NCBI GenBank assembly: GCA_001938485.1
Contig: MQRK01202104.1
Span: forward strand, 1 to 64,000
From: Girardia tigrina
Taxonomy: Eukaryota
Direction of reading: 5' to 3'
Length of the DNA: 64,000 nucleotides
How positions within the stretch are numbered: the stretch's first letter is position 1; each line of letters begins with the position of its first letter. Below are positions 25,863 to 39,303 of this stretch, piece after piece. A program made the translations under genes and the position numbers. The notes under the pieces are model-generated. The model did no database searches. It saw only the letters and a program-made list of their open reading frames with translations, and was not told the DNA's origin.

Positions 25863-26126
25863 TTTTTCATCGGGCAAAGGAATGAGGTTTTCTTGATCAA
25901 TAGAATTTTTCATGTTATTTAAAGTTTTTTCTAATCGATTTAGTTGTTCCAGAGCAGCAGATAGATCCAAATGCTGGCAAACTAAATCGGCCTGGTGAAG
26001 ACATTTCTTTAACTCTTCAGTGGCATTAACTGATTGATTTATTGATTGATTAAGTGCGGCTTGTAACGGTGGATCAGATACTGTGGGCCACATATACTTA
26101 TTTGATTGAGACATCTGTTCACTCGG
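25863..26126 (-). CDS. TLN: Talin exon 15 (R4-R5)
   Basis: PSEQM...WPTVSDPPLQ...LDLSAALEQLNRLEK...LIPLPDEK; AAG/GT; 264 nt. Confidence 0.91.
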
Positions 26127-26178
26127 CTTTAAATTGAAGAAATGTAATTGAAAAATTAAATCATCATATAAAAGATAC

Positions 26179-26310
26179 TTCAATATAATCTCTGCATGCA
26201 GAAATCAATTCCAATTGAGCTAAATGATCTTTGGGATCTCTTCGTGCTTCTTTGATGGCAACAATCATTTTGGAAATTTGATGTGAAAGTTCTTTTCCAT
26301 CATTACAAAC
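26179..26310 (-). CDS. TLN: Talin exon 14 (R4)
   Basis: VCNDGKELSHQISKMIVAIKEARRDPKDHLAQLELISACRDYIE; CAG/GT; 132 nt. Confidence 0.9.
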
Positions 26311-29300
26311 CTGATATTAGAATCCAATAAATTTAAAATATACATAAACAATCATAGAAATTTAATAAACACAAATAAAATACGTACGAATCTCCCAATA
26401 AGTCATAAAAGCATTTCACAATAAATTGATTTATATAATTTAAATTTAAATTAAATTTGTTTTCAGGATAAATATAAATGGTACATTTAACTCTTCTTCG
26501 AAAGCAACTATGTGGAGCATTAATAGATACACCTTGACCTATAATGACTTTTAGAACTATAGCTGCATTCATTCTTCATAAGTTTGCCAAAGTAATTATG
26601 TCAGTCATATAAACTTCTATCACTTGTCATAATTACTTGATATTTATTATTATGGACTTTACAAGCTTGATAATCCCAATCCTGAAGTCATTTACTTGGG
26701 ATTAGAGATTGTGCTAGTTGGTTGATGACTGATATTCTCACAGAATCAAATATTTGAATTCATTCAGTATTGTATTCCCAAAATACAGTCTTGTAATGTC
26801 TTCATGAAAAAACGACATAATTTTTAAAGTTCATCTTAGATAGTATTGTAAGGGATCATTTTAATACTAAATCGGTGATAGTACGAAACACTGATTTTCA
26901 AACGGAAATAAACTAATATCTTCCCACCGACAAAAAAAATTGAATAATTATTTAAATTAAACGTATTTGAACTTATACAACATATTGATTGTTTATTACA
27001 TTTGCTTATCACCTTTAAAATCATCATATGTATTTCAAGGGTTTAAAAATGATTCCATATCTAGAATATTTTCATAACCTTAAAGAATAAAATGTTAAGG
27101 AAGTTTATTAATAAAAAATTTTATTATTGTTTATTATTTATTTATTACAAATAATATTTCTAGTTAAAAATAATTACCAGCATAAACCAAAAAAACATAT
27201 TTCAGAAAAGTTTATGATATCAAAAAAACAGGATCTGTTATTTTATAGAAAAAAAGTACATAGATGAATCATGTTATATTTTGCGAAAACTTTTTGTTAT
27301 AACCTAGAAAACTAGAAGAATATTTCAAGATGGACCACGAATGGATATTTTGGAACCAGTTTCCTATCCCCAGTTGTTAAACACAATCAAAGGCTGGGAT
27401 GACTCTCCTCTCATTAGATAAAAGAGAATATCAATATATTTATACATCGATACAATAACTGATGCATGGAATTTGTAGAAATCACTTTCTTAAACTATAA
27501 TGTGAGGAATAATCATGGTTAGAGAAAAGGTAAAGAAAATAAACTATTCGTATGCTCATTTCATAATTTTAAAACGTTAAGATGTTTTATCAAATCATAT
27601 GAATATAAACTACCGCAGAACTGGACATAAAGTAGTCGTCAACTTGGTGAAGAAACAGCAATACTCTATTATTGTGAACACAAATTAACACACATGTTCG
27701 TTTTATAAATAAAAATTCCTAATTCACAAAATACTTCAAAACTAAACAAATTTTAATATTAATCAATTTTACTTTTCTTTCACTTTTAAAATAAAGTCTT
27801 CACCGATAAATAATTTTTTCTATTAAATATAAAACATTATAATTGACTTAGAAAAAATTAACCGACAACAATGGAACAAATTAATTTTGTAAATTAATTT
27901 TGTGAAAAAAACAGATAAATCCTGTGAATTGATATTGTGAATTCAAAAACAAACGATTGTTTGAATAATAAAATACAAAATAAATTTTTTCGGAAATTTT
28001 AAATGAATTATATCGAACATTTATTGGGGAATAATATCGATACGCCTCACATTGTCGGCAAAGATTATGATATAACTCACGAGGACGATTTAGACGATGA
28101 TTTCAAAGAAGATATGGGACTCGAATACGAGAGCACTAGTCAAACTACCTCAACTCTGATAGAATCGAATTCCCCAACGAAAATTATATCGAATCGGTAA
28201 TTCAAGATGCTCTGAATTATGCAGACGCGCCTCAAGACAAATGTATTTTGGCGCCGCTCCTCAATAAATCGATAACGGCCGCGAAAGATGTGTGCCCCGA
28301 GCACGTGCTCACCGAGCGCCAGAGCTTTCCAATCAAATGGATCGACAGAAACGGATCGCGGCACGTTGGAGCAAGTAGGCATCATGGCAGCATTGACCTT
28401 AATCACCAAATGCCATCCATCACCGGTGAATTTTATCTTATAGACACCTGCCTTTTCCCCCCTCAATTTCAGATACCCGCATTTATGAAAAAGGACTAGT
28501 TACAGATAGTTTATCCAGAAACAATTGACTAAAAGATAAACCTCAAAATGACCATCAACACAAAGAATCCGATGAAAATACAGAATATATCCAGTTTATG
28601 AATATCGAAGAAGATCCTTGGCATATTTTCAATTCAAAGACAGCTAAAGGACTAACAACTAATCGTTTCTCACTGTAATGACAAAAATTTCAGAACAGGT
28701 CTAGCGATGGCTAAAAATCTGACGTTTTTGATAACCTTTTAGAGACCAAAAGACATTATATTATTTTCGAAAGAGTTAGAAGCCCCATAATATACAGAAT
28801 AACAATTTGTTGTAATTTTTAAATAAATGACAGTGTTATAAATAATTCTTTTGAAAAAATTATTTTAAATTTAGATTAATGAAATATATATTACATGTTC
28901 ACGAACAATAGTGTTTAAAGTTTTTGTTAATTTGAGAAAATTTTATTTTTATTTCTTAATAATATAATTACATACCTATATTTATACCTTTTAACTTTTA
29001 TAATTATAAAATATGTAATAAAATTATTGATAATTATCAATAAGAAACTGATTTATTCTAATAACAAAAGCTAAAAATACTTTTTTCTGAATTATTAGAA
29101 AAAAAAGTATAATGAATGAATTCGTGCCGTATATTTATGTCAGCAAATATTTATTATGGGATTAATAGATAAATTATAACTACATTTCATAAATATCAAT
29201 ATTGAACAAATTCATTGAACCAGGGAATGATTTATGACCGTCTGGACATCATTAATAATCGAAAATCATAATAGATCATAATTTTAATACTTGATAATTC

Positions 29301-30507
29301 ATAATCATTTTTGAAATATAATTTTTACATGGCACTAAATATTTCTGTATTTTTATCATGAACTTATTGATTGGATCTGTTCATTATTAAATCTGTGCCA
29401 GGCATTAATTGGCACGACACAAGCGTCGATGAACTACCGGATGATTGCAGTGTTTGCATACGTCCTGATATGTGAAGTCACAAATTTCCCTTCGATGGCC
29501 GAATAATGGAAAAGCAGCAACTGTGTTGGCACGGGATGCAGAGTACGTCAGAGGCTGACTCATCTATTGATGTCGCTCTCTGTGGCAACAGCTTTGTTGT
29601 CTTTGTTTTGTGATGCAGATTGAGGCAACCGATGTGTTTTGTTAGTGGCACTCGATGTAAATGAATTAAAATTCAAAATTGGCAATATTGAAAACAATGA
29701 TTTTTTATAATTCATTTTGTGGTTTTACATGATCTAATAAAGTTTTTGAAGTTAAATTCTGTTATCAATGTAATCTTTCTTTATTTCCATTATTTTACTA
29801 TTTTTCCTTCAATTCTAGATGATTGGTTGATATTAAATGTAAACCCGAATTCCTTGTTGCAAGTAATTTGACTCTTCAGAATTTAATACTAATTCTTTAT
29901 TATTTTTCTTCACAAAATTATCATTTAAATTACATCTGAGTTCCTGTGAAATAATCACATAATACTCTGAATATGTCTCTTCTGTATTTATAACTACAAA
30001 ATAAGTACAAAAAATGTTGTGCATTGACTTTTACATGAATAAGTATATTGACATACTTTCGTAAGGTATTATAATAATATAATATTATAATATAATTATA
30101 ATAATATAATAATAATAATTTTTAAATGAATTTTCCTTCAAGACTTCTTTTTGTCTTTTCTTTCTTTGTCAATCCAAAAAGAAATACACATTAAAAAATG
30201 AACAATCATTCAAACAGACAAATTATACGAGAAGGTGATGTGATATAAATAAAGGATATAAATAATTTAATAAAACTTCTGAATTTGAAATTCGATAACA
30301 TCATTTTAAAAACTTTCCGGTAAATTATAGTACATTAATTATTTGACTTATATTTTATCATATTTCATATTATCTGAAGAAAACCTCAAAATGTACATTT
30401 GTTAAACATCTTAACTTTAAAAATATTAAATAATTTCATTTTTTTTAAATATTTAAATTTGGAATAATAATATATTTATTGATATCCAGAAACAAATTAT
30501 AAATTAC

Positions 30508-30729
30508 CTTAAAATTACTAGCCCTTGATTTTTTGGCTGCAGATTGACTAGTGTTGATGAGATGAGTTCCAGTTGTAGCGGCTTTACGGGCAGATATGAG
30601 CAGATGACTAATGACTTGTTCTTGGATATAAGTAGCACATTCACTTGTATATGTAACAACAATAAAACGTTCTGTTGCTTCTCTTAAAGTGTATACCAAA
30701 TTTAGTTCATCAGGATTCGAAGAGCAATT
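30508..30729 (-). CDS. TLN: Talin exon 13 (R3-R4)
   Basis: NCSSNPDELNLVYTLREATERF...ARKAATTGTHLI; TAG/GT; 222 nt. Confidence 0.92.
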
Positions 30730-30771
30730 CTAGTGATAAATTAAAGTTAGTATTTATTAGATAAATTTTAC

Positions 30772-31017
30772 TTTTGCACTCTCAATTAAAGTAGAAGTTG
30801 CTTCGGCTAGTTGCTTCGCTGCAACAATTAGTTTGTCTCGTTCTTCTGAATCCTGGAGTTCATCATTTGTTGCTTTCAAACGTATTTCTTCTATCATGGA
30901 TGCAGTTGCTTGAGCTAGTCGCCTAGCTGCTGCAATAAGGTCATTCGGATCATTATCCTTTGTATCAACTTCTTGGATGTGTTCATATGCTAACAAGAAG
31001 TTATCCAGTTTGTCGTT
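30772..31017 (-). CDS. TLN: Talin exon 12 (R3)
   Basis: NDKLDNFLLAYEHI...ARRLAQATASM...AAKQLAEATSTLIESAK; AAG/GT; 246 nt. Confidence 0.92.
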
Positions 31018-31999
31018 CTTGAAAAATAAAATGATTATGAAAATTAATCCATATTATTTAGCATGAGCAATAGATGATAAAGAGAATAAATTATTTTAGA
31101 AAATAAATGTATTATTCTAGAAGATACTTTTATTTTGAACCTGAACATTAATAACAGATGTCGCAAACGCAACGACCATTGGATCAAAGTCAGCATTTTG
31201 TATAAATTTATCTCGTGGGATCATTTATTTATCTTCCGAATTAATTCATTTATCTACTGCGTTTATTCATACCCGATGATAAATACTGGTAGAATTCAAG
31301 TAAACATTATTATTATCATTTATCATTATTATACGAATATTATTCAGATTATAATATTAATCTAAACCATTACCTATGAAGATATGTTTTTTTTCGCTCG
31401 AGCAATATTTATGAAGTTTACGGGTCGCATTAAAATATATTGTACTAGATTTTTTACTTACACTTTAATACTGCTCAATTATTTTTATACTGACCTTTTA
31501 AAATAAATACTTACCATTAAAATACAAGCCAATATATATTTCGATAAAAAAGGGTTGAATGTTAAAAAGTTAATCATCAGCTATCATGAAAGTGTGAATT
31601 TGTATTTTATAGGGAAGAGTGTATACTTATAAAAAGTGATACCATGGTTTGAATAGTAATTGTTGAAATAATATGAAGTTATTTATTTAAATGTCTCGCT
31701 AGTATTCCAACTTTCGGTTGATTTAAAACTGTGAACGACAAAAAACATATTCGAGCCTTATCATTATATTCAATTCTGATTTCCACACTCCTGCTCCTTA
31801 AATAAAAAATATTTTGTATTTCTTTTAGAATAATTTAACAATTTTGCTGAAATAAACGATCCGAAACTTTCGATATTGTATACACAAATTTGATATTCGT
31901 ATGCTACGATGCAATCCTTTAGATTATACGCATATTATACTCATATTTATACTTCTATTGACAGAAATCTGAATATATGACGTATTTTTGTAATAAGTA

Positions 32000-32071
32000 G
32001 TCAATGGCCGCAGTTGGGTACGTCGGATCTCGTCCGATCTCCGAAGTTAAGCAACCAACGGGGCCTTTGAC
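32000..32071 (+). ncRNA. 5S rRNA-derived truncated sequence (not a functional 5S gene)
   Basis: Starts GTCAATGGCC like 5S +1; contains CGGATCTCGTCCGATCTCCGAAGTTAAGCA (helix III, loop C, box A); lacks the 5S 3' half and box C. Confidence 0.8.
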
Positions 32072-33107
32072 TACAGGTCAGGTCAGGCAATCTGTCTGCT
32101 ACAGGTACCATGTAAACCTATAATACGAATTTTTCCCATGGTCGAATAGTTGGCGACTAAACCGGCTCCCTCACCCAGAGCAACCTGGGATGAAAAACAA
32201 AACCTAGCAAAGGGCGGATGAGCTCCTTGGAGCAAACGGCCATCCATATCTGGAGAGCAGAGAGGCGCTACCAGGTTCCTTGCCTACTGAGACATTCTAA
32301 AAAAATATGCAAACCCAAGCCATAATGCTTGTGCAATGCACAATGTGCATAATTAAGTGCACCCACGGCCAAAATTTTTTTTGGAACAACCTTCTTTTCA
32401 TTTGCAAGTTAAATCCTGACTCTTCCCGGAAAACAAAATTTTTGTCTGGTTGGATGTTGCCTCGGTATTTTGCTAGACTGGCATACGAGAAAGACTTTTT
32501 TCGGTTCATCTTAGTCTTTTTTAACATTATTGATATAGTTTGTGATGCCACAACTTTATTTTGGTTCATTAAAAAGATATGACATTGAAAAAAATAATTT
32601 AAATCAACTCTTTTATAAATATTTTATTTTCCTTTTACAATTATTACAGTTTTAAAAATTATTAAATGCATATATAGGTTTGAATAAATTGGTTTACAGA
32701 TTTGAAAAAATCGGTTAATATATTTTAAGAAATGAATATACTGATTTGAATAACCCTGTAATTAAAACATACAAAATTTAACAATTTTTTTAAAAATAGC
32801 ATATGTTCAATTGGTGTATTTACTATATTACACTCGAAAGTAAACGCGTTAAAGTTTATTTATTTTGAGGTTTTATTAAACAGATCATGGATAATATAAA
32901 TATTTCTAATATTTCATCTAAAGTAAAAGAACTATGTTATGAATAACATGATAGGGAAACATTTCAATAAAAACCGACAGTTGTGGAACAGTAAAAATTG
33001 AAACAAGTCTCATGTTTCATTTTTTAAATGAACTTCATTAACACTTATGTCTTAATAATTTATATATTTATTTATTCTATTTGTCAACATTGTTATTCAT
33101 TTATTAA

Positions 33108-33311
33108 CCCTTAAATGCATGATGATGTATATGTACATCAGTGTTTTGTTCCTTACATATTTTCTAAACGGTAATTCAAACACAATATTTTTGAATATAT
33201 CTTTCTTAGTTTTTGAACGCAAACTTTCATGATATGGCAGTTCACTTTTTTAACTATCAAAATTTGTCAAAATTTATTGTATTTAAAAAGGAAAAATCAT
33301 GCATTTAAGGG
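33108..33311. mobile_element. piggyBac-type MITE, 204 bp
   Basis: TTAA TSD on both sides; perfect 16-bp TIR CCCTTAAATGCATGAT. Confidence 0.88.
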
Positions 33312-33430
33312 TTAATTAGTAAAAAATACATAGCTAAATGCTAAAAAGATTCTGAATCACTCCTAACCTTAAATAGTGACACAAGGTTACTACCTGGTAG
33401 GAATAAGGACAAACATAATATAAAAAACCA

Positions 33431-33436
<6 letters not shown>

Positions 33437-33486
<50 letters not shown>

Positions 33487-33487
33487 A
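33437..33487. repeat. (TA)n(TG)n compound microsatellite next to a splice donor
   Basis: Direct observation. Confidence 0.95.
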
Positions 33488-33494
33488 TAATTAC

Positions 33495-33704
33495 TCTGTC
33501 GTAATCCTTCTTTAGATGCTTCATAAATGTGTCCAAAGCTTCTTGGACTTTATCTGAAGCTTCATTAACATTAGTTTGTAATTCTTCAGATTGTGTTGCT
33601 TTATTGGAACATTCAACGACTGTTTGAATGGCTTTACTGACGTCTTCTATCGAGAATATTAGTTGTTCTTGACAAACAGGTTGTTCAATAGTTGGAGCCA
33701 CAAT
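33495..33704 (-). CDS. TLN: Talin exon 11 (R2)
   Basis: IVAPTIEQPVCQEQL...VQEALDTFMKHLKKDYDR; TAG/GT; 210 nt. Confidence 0.94.
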
Positions 33705-33749
33705 CTAAGGAAAATTATAGTAAAATAATTGATGTAAATTGAAAAAAAC

Positions 33750-34091
33750 TTTTGTAGTTGATATTAATTGACTAATTGATAATCCAGTTTCAGTGGCAGC
33801 CATAACAACTTTCTTTTGTTCATTTGGATCTTCTGTTTCAACTGCAATTACTTTAACTTGTTTGATAAGATTTGTCGTCTCATTTGCCACTGCCTTTGCT
33901 AATCTCAACAATTCTTCTTGGTATAATTGCTCTTCTTCGGTTAACATGATAATTGAATAAGGTCTTCCAGCAGATAATTCCATTTGACAGTTTTCTTGTT
34001 CTGTAATATGATTTAATAAATCATTGCTGGCTTCTCCAACTGCGTTAGCTGCTTCATATATCTCTTTCCTATTTAACGTTCTATTTTGATC
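33750..34091 (-). CDS. TLN: Talin exon 10 (R1-R2)
   Basis: EAANAVGEASNDLL...LAKAVANETTNL...VVMAATETGLSISQLISTTK; AAG/GT; 342 nt. Confidence 0.92.
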
Positions 34092-35054
34092 CTTAAGAAT
34101 AAAACCTTTATTATTGAAATCTTTTAAAAAATATAATATAAACTAGATACCTTTCAAAATTTAATTTAAAATAAATTTTTAAATATTTTTCTTAGAATTT
34201 AATAAAAAGAAATAATCAGTAATTAATGTTAAACTTGAATATAGTTTGAGTTTGAAATTACCATTTGCTTTTATTTGAATTAAAGTATTAAATGGATCAT
34301 CATAGATAATAAATAATAAAACAAAATTATTAATTTTTGATTAATGAATTTTAGTAAATAAACGTTAAAACTCTCCTATGTACCACTTTGCTTTAGAACA
34401 AGCGGAATTTTCTGAAAATATTTTAATGAAAAACAAGACTCATAAGTAAACATACAAAACATTAACTGAGAATTTAAACGTTAGATACAAATTTCTTATT
34501 TAAGAAGCAATAATTACAGTAATTCTAAACAATATATAATATATTTTATCAATCAATTATTTCAATAATAATGAATAATATACAGATAATTAGTTTAAGA
34601 TATTCAAAATTAGGAAGGTCTAATCACAAAGTAAGAATTTTTAAATATAAATTAATTTTTACCTCTAAAATAAAAAAATTGCATTATTCTCCTGATATCA
34701 GTTACATTTAAGGTTTTTCCAAAATAAATATTGACATCAAACTTTTAAATACAAATTAAAGTTGAAAATGGAAATCAATATAACTTTAACTTTTATAATA
34801 ACTATTGGTATATTTTATAATAAATCCGTTATAGAAATTGTACTTAAATGGATATTAAAAGGTTATTCTTTAAACGAGACTTGTCTATTTCAACTCATGC
34901 ATCAGAGATCTTGGAATGAATAACTTGAAATCTCTTAGTTTTAAAATTAGTCTAAATCTTATGAAAATCTGAAAATGAGACGCGATATTACTTACTTGTC
35001 ATCCCATTCAAAACTAAAGTGGAACTTAAACTTTAATAATTAATAGAAACATTA

Positions 35055-35414
35055 TGTGAGGAATGTTTAGAATTGCTTGTTGATATTGTGCATGTTGTAT
35101 GTTGATTCGGATTGTGTCTCTCCTACCCAGATAGATGATAGGTATTTTCTTTGATTCTTACTAATTAAAAATAATTTAATTAATTTTTAAAGTAATAATA
35201 TTTAAAATAATTTTTTGAATGTAATATTTAATTTTTAATATAATTTTAAATTTAACTATATTAATTTAATATTTACTTTTTCAAAAAATATTTAGATTTA
35301 ATTTTAACCAATTAGAATCTTTATAATTAATAATTTTTAATAAGTGTTTTTCATTTATTGAAAAAATTAGTATGAATTTAGAAATATATTAATCAAGAAA
35401 AATGTCAAATAGTG
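35055..35414 (+). mobile_element. LTR of the 40954-41365 type, 3'-truncated
   Basis: Starts TGTGAG; about 360 bp of reverse-complement similarity to 41008-41365. Confidence 0.82.
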
Positions 35415-35682
35415 TTAACACATTAGATAGTAATTTATTCCGGAATCCCTTCAGGTCTTCCCGATCTTCAATCATCAAACATTGAAGTATGATCATTTTT
35501 TTAAATATTTCACTCAGTTTTTAAGGTAGCATAAGACGGAGAATCATCCTTGTATAAATCTAAACGTATTTATTTCAGTCGCGTTTCACCCTTGCAAAAC
35601 AAAAAACTTAATAACACTTCTATACACCACTTGATGCATCATCTTGTAGCAAAATTTGAAAATGCGACATTACAAATATAAA

Positions 35683-36042
35683 TCTTTATCTTATAAAAGC
35701 CAAAGTCACTCACTGCCTGCCTCACTGCCTCACTAACGCTGTAAGGTAAATTTTTGAAATGATTTTATAATCAATAAAGAAATGATGTATATTAATAAAT
35801 AAATATTAGACTGATATTAGAATGAATGCGATTTTTGTAACCGCAATTTCTTAAATATCATTTTGTCTCGAGATATGATTTTCAAACTTTGCATTAAACA
35901 GAAATAAAAACTTTTGTTATACGATTTTTTATACTCGAAACACTGAAATTTTCAATAAAAATGCTTTCAGAAAAAAGTCGCGTGATCTAATAACATTGAA
36001 CCCCCGGCAAGAGAGGGCCGCGAAGCGGGCCGAGCGCGCTAG
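35683..36042 (+). mobile_element. Complete non-autonomous Helitron, 360 bp
   Basis: A|TC start (TCTTTATCTTATAAAA), CACT/GCCT microsatellite, GC hairpin GGCCGCGAAGCGGGCC, CTAG|T end, no TSD. Confidence 0.88.
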
Positions 36043-37176
36043 TGTAATATATTAAAACTAATATAGACTTTTAACCTGTGAAAAAATTACGGATTCTGTC
36101 TCTCTTTATATGTTAGGCTAGTGACTTGTTGAACATACTAAATATTTAAACTCAGCATATTGAAAGAAGAGCTTCAAAACGACAATAACAACACAAATCA
36201 GAGCTCAAGATGATTTTTATAACAAAATTACTTTTAAATTGATATCTTTTAATAGCACCGAAATTACAGTTTGATAAAAATCAACCCAGTATTCACCATT
36301 TTAGAGAAAAAGATTTATAGTTTACAAAACACTAACTCAGAAAATAAGGATTTTAAAGTTTGGTGGTCTAAGTTGAACGGACACTTAGATATTTTTGTGA
36401 TATTCGTAAATGAGGTATAATTTCAATGTAATATAACATTCAGTGAGTAAGTTGAAATAATATCAGCTCTTATCTTTCGGATCTTTATGAATTTCAACTG
36501 ATGTTTTTCTACTTAACACGTACCATGCATAATGCATACCAATCAACCGTGGTCGACCAAAATGGATTGGTCTTCCGTGCATTATTCAACAGATTAATTA
36601 ATATAATATTGTTAAGTAAAACAATGACATACTAGGTAAATGTTATTTTATGAAACTGTTACTAATAAATTACATCAAATAACTTCAACAATGTATCTGA
36701 GAATCTGCTACAAATTATTTAACATTTAACAATGTCTTTTGTCATTCTTTGTATAAACATAAGATTTTGCTGCATTATATTCTAGAATCGATTCTGTATA
36801 TTTTGCGATATTACTACAAATTTAATAGGTATAGTCTTCCGCGATGTACAATGTTAGTTTGTCTTTCTAGTATTAATTAATTTAACATTAGCAAAGGAAC
36901 CTTCATAATAACTGTTAAGAAAGAAGTTTTTCCATTAATAAAAACTTTTTTTCCATTAAAATCAAAATATGATCCAAATATACGACGGCTACTTTCCAAT
37001 TCAAATCTCCTAGAACTTTCAACATTAATTCTTGAAAAGTAGCTGGAGCCGCTACAATTCCAAAAGGCATTCTTTTAAAACAATATTGACCATTCTTTGT
37101 TGAACAAGCGATTTTAATCTTTGATTCTTCTTCTAATTCAACCTGACAATATGCATTTCCTAGATCGATTGTACTA

Positions 37177-38477
37177 TTGGGTTGTTGCATAAGTTCCCGC
37201 CATTTTTTAAGCATTTATTTTCAAAGAAATCAAAGAATTTTAACAGCAAAAATAATAACACTTCAATCAATTATGTACTCTCTTTCATTGTTCACTACTT
37301 CTTCCCATCTTTCCACCAGTTTGTTGATTCAATTTCGCCAGAAATCCTTAGGACAAGTCTCGAAGAAGTTGTTGAGCCAATTCTTAAGATGATCCTGATT
37401 TTCGAAGCTAAGACCCCTCATTTCATTTGAAAGGCAGCGGAAGAGATGGTAATCCGTCGGGACGAGGTCTGCGGAATAGGGAGGATGTTGAAGGACCTCC
37501 CAACCGAGCTCTTGGAGTGCCATCTTGACAGTTTTTGCGGTTTGTGATCGAGCATTGTCATGGAGGAGGATCACCTGGCCTTGTCGATCCGGTCTTTTTT
37601 GTTGAATTGCCTCATTGACTCGAAGCAATTGAGCTTTATAGGGATTCTCCTCTACTTTCCTGTTCTTTCCAAGCATTTCCCAGTGGATTAGACCTTCCAA
37701 ATCCGACCATACGCAAATCATTGTCTTCATCGGGTGCAGGTCTTTCTTGATCCTGGACTTAGGCTTCTCTCCAGGACTCACCCACTCTTTCCTTTGCTTC
37801 ATATTCACATAGCGACACCATTTCTCGTCTCCAGTGACGATTCTGTATAAGAAACGTTGTCTTTGGTCATGGGTTCATTGGTGTCGAGCGAGATTTTGAG
37901 GAGCAATGGAAAGCCGCTTATCCTTCTGTTTTTGGGTGAGTTCGTGCGGGACCCAAGCTCCAAACTTTTGAGTGAAATCCATCGACTGAAGATGGCGTGA
38001 AATTGTCGCAAAATCACAATTCATCTTTTCGGCCAATTCTCTGCATGTCTGGCGGCCATCTTCCTTCAAGAGATCCCCGAGTTGGTCCTCGTCCATCTCG
38101 ACTGGTCTTCCGGACGAGGAGCGTCGTTCAGATCGAAATTATCGTGTCTCAACCTGGCAAACCAATCCCGAGCAGTTCTCTCAGCTATAGCGTCCTCTCC
38201 ATACACGGCACAAATATCTCTGGTAGCTGGACTCATTTTTTGACCTCGATTAAAGGCAAAAAGAAGGAGGTGTCGAAAATGCGATTTTTTGTCGATTTGA
38301 CAATCCATTTGACGGTTCTAAAAAAAATAAAAAAATAATATATCCAAAAACTATTACTTTAATCTTGTAGAGCATATCACGGGCTTTCTAATGGCATATA
38401 GCACTTCACCAAACATCAAAAAGTCTTTGTAGAACAAATAGTTTCATGTAACGACGGGAACTTATGCAACAACCCAA
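37177..38477 (-). mobile_element. Full-length mariner (DD34D), 1301 bp, frameshifted, inserted in the Gypsy RT
   Basis: TA TSD; 23-bp TIR TTGGGTTGTTGCATAAGTTCCCG; WVPHELT, TGDEKW, HDNARSQ, YSADLVPTDYHLF; removal restores LNGAKYF|STIDL. Confidence 0.96.
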
Positions 38478-38850
38478 TAAAATATTTTGCTCCATTCAAC
38501 GTGTTTAACATGTCATCCACATTACGGTCTTACCGTAATTTTATTCAACTGTCGAAAATCGACACATACTCGGATGTCTTGTTTCTCTTTTCCATACAAA
38601 CACCAGAGGGAAGTTCCATGGAGAACTACACTTTTCAATTATACCGTTTTCTTTAAAATTTCTAATGATATCATCTGGTTTCTCTTCAAAATGTTGTGGC
38701 AATCTATAAGGCTCCACTAAGACTAGTTCTCCACGAATTTCTATTTTGTGTTTCGTTAAGGAAGTTTTCCCAACATCCCACTTGTCAGCCATGAATATTG
38801 ATTTATAATCTGTTAATAGTCTCATTAGTTGGTTGTCAACTTTGGTGTTA

Positions 38851-39303
38851 TATTAACAGCATCACAATTTGAATGCAAACATTCATTGACAACACAAACA
38901 GTTTCTTCACAGCAATTTTCATTGGTCATCCTTCTTTGATTGATATAGTTTTTTTGTAAATATATTCAAATCTAAAAAAAAACAATGAATGGGAAAGATT
39001 AATAATACATTTTAATTTCTCATAATTTTTATTGGATAAAAGTCATTACATAATTTTTTAAATAAACATTAATTTTTAAAATATATTACATTTAATAAGT
39101 TAAAATCATTTACTGAAAATATTATTAAAATTCATAATTATCAAACTTTAATTAATTAGTACTTAAAATTAATATCATTAAATTAATTTCATTAGATTCA
39201 AATAATCAATCAATAAACATATCAATACCATCTGAGTAGGAGAGTCACAAATCTAAACAGTATACAAACAACAAACTTACAACATTCCAAATTATCTCTC
39301 ACA
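38851..39303 (-). mobile_element. Solo LTR (TGTGAG...GTTAATA), 453 bp, TSD TGTTA
   Basis: TSD at 38846-38850 and 39304-39308; inserted in Gypsy pol. Confidence 0.85.

Noticed and set aside
32000-32120. Functional 5S rRNA gene
   Set aside because: The 3' half, box C and a correctly placed terminator are missing.
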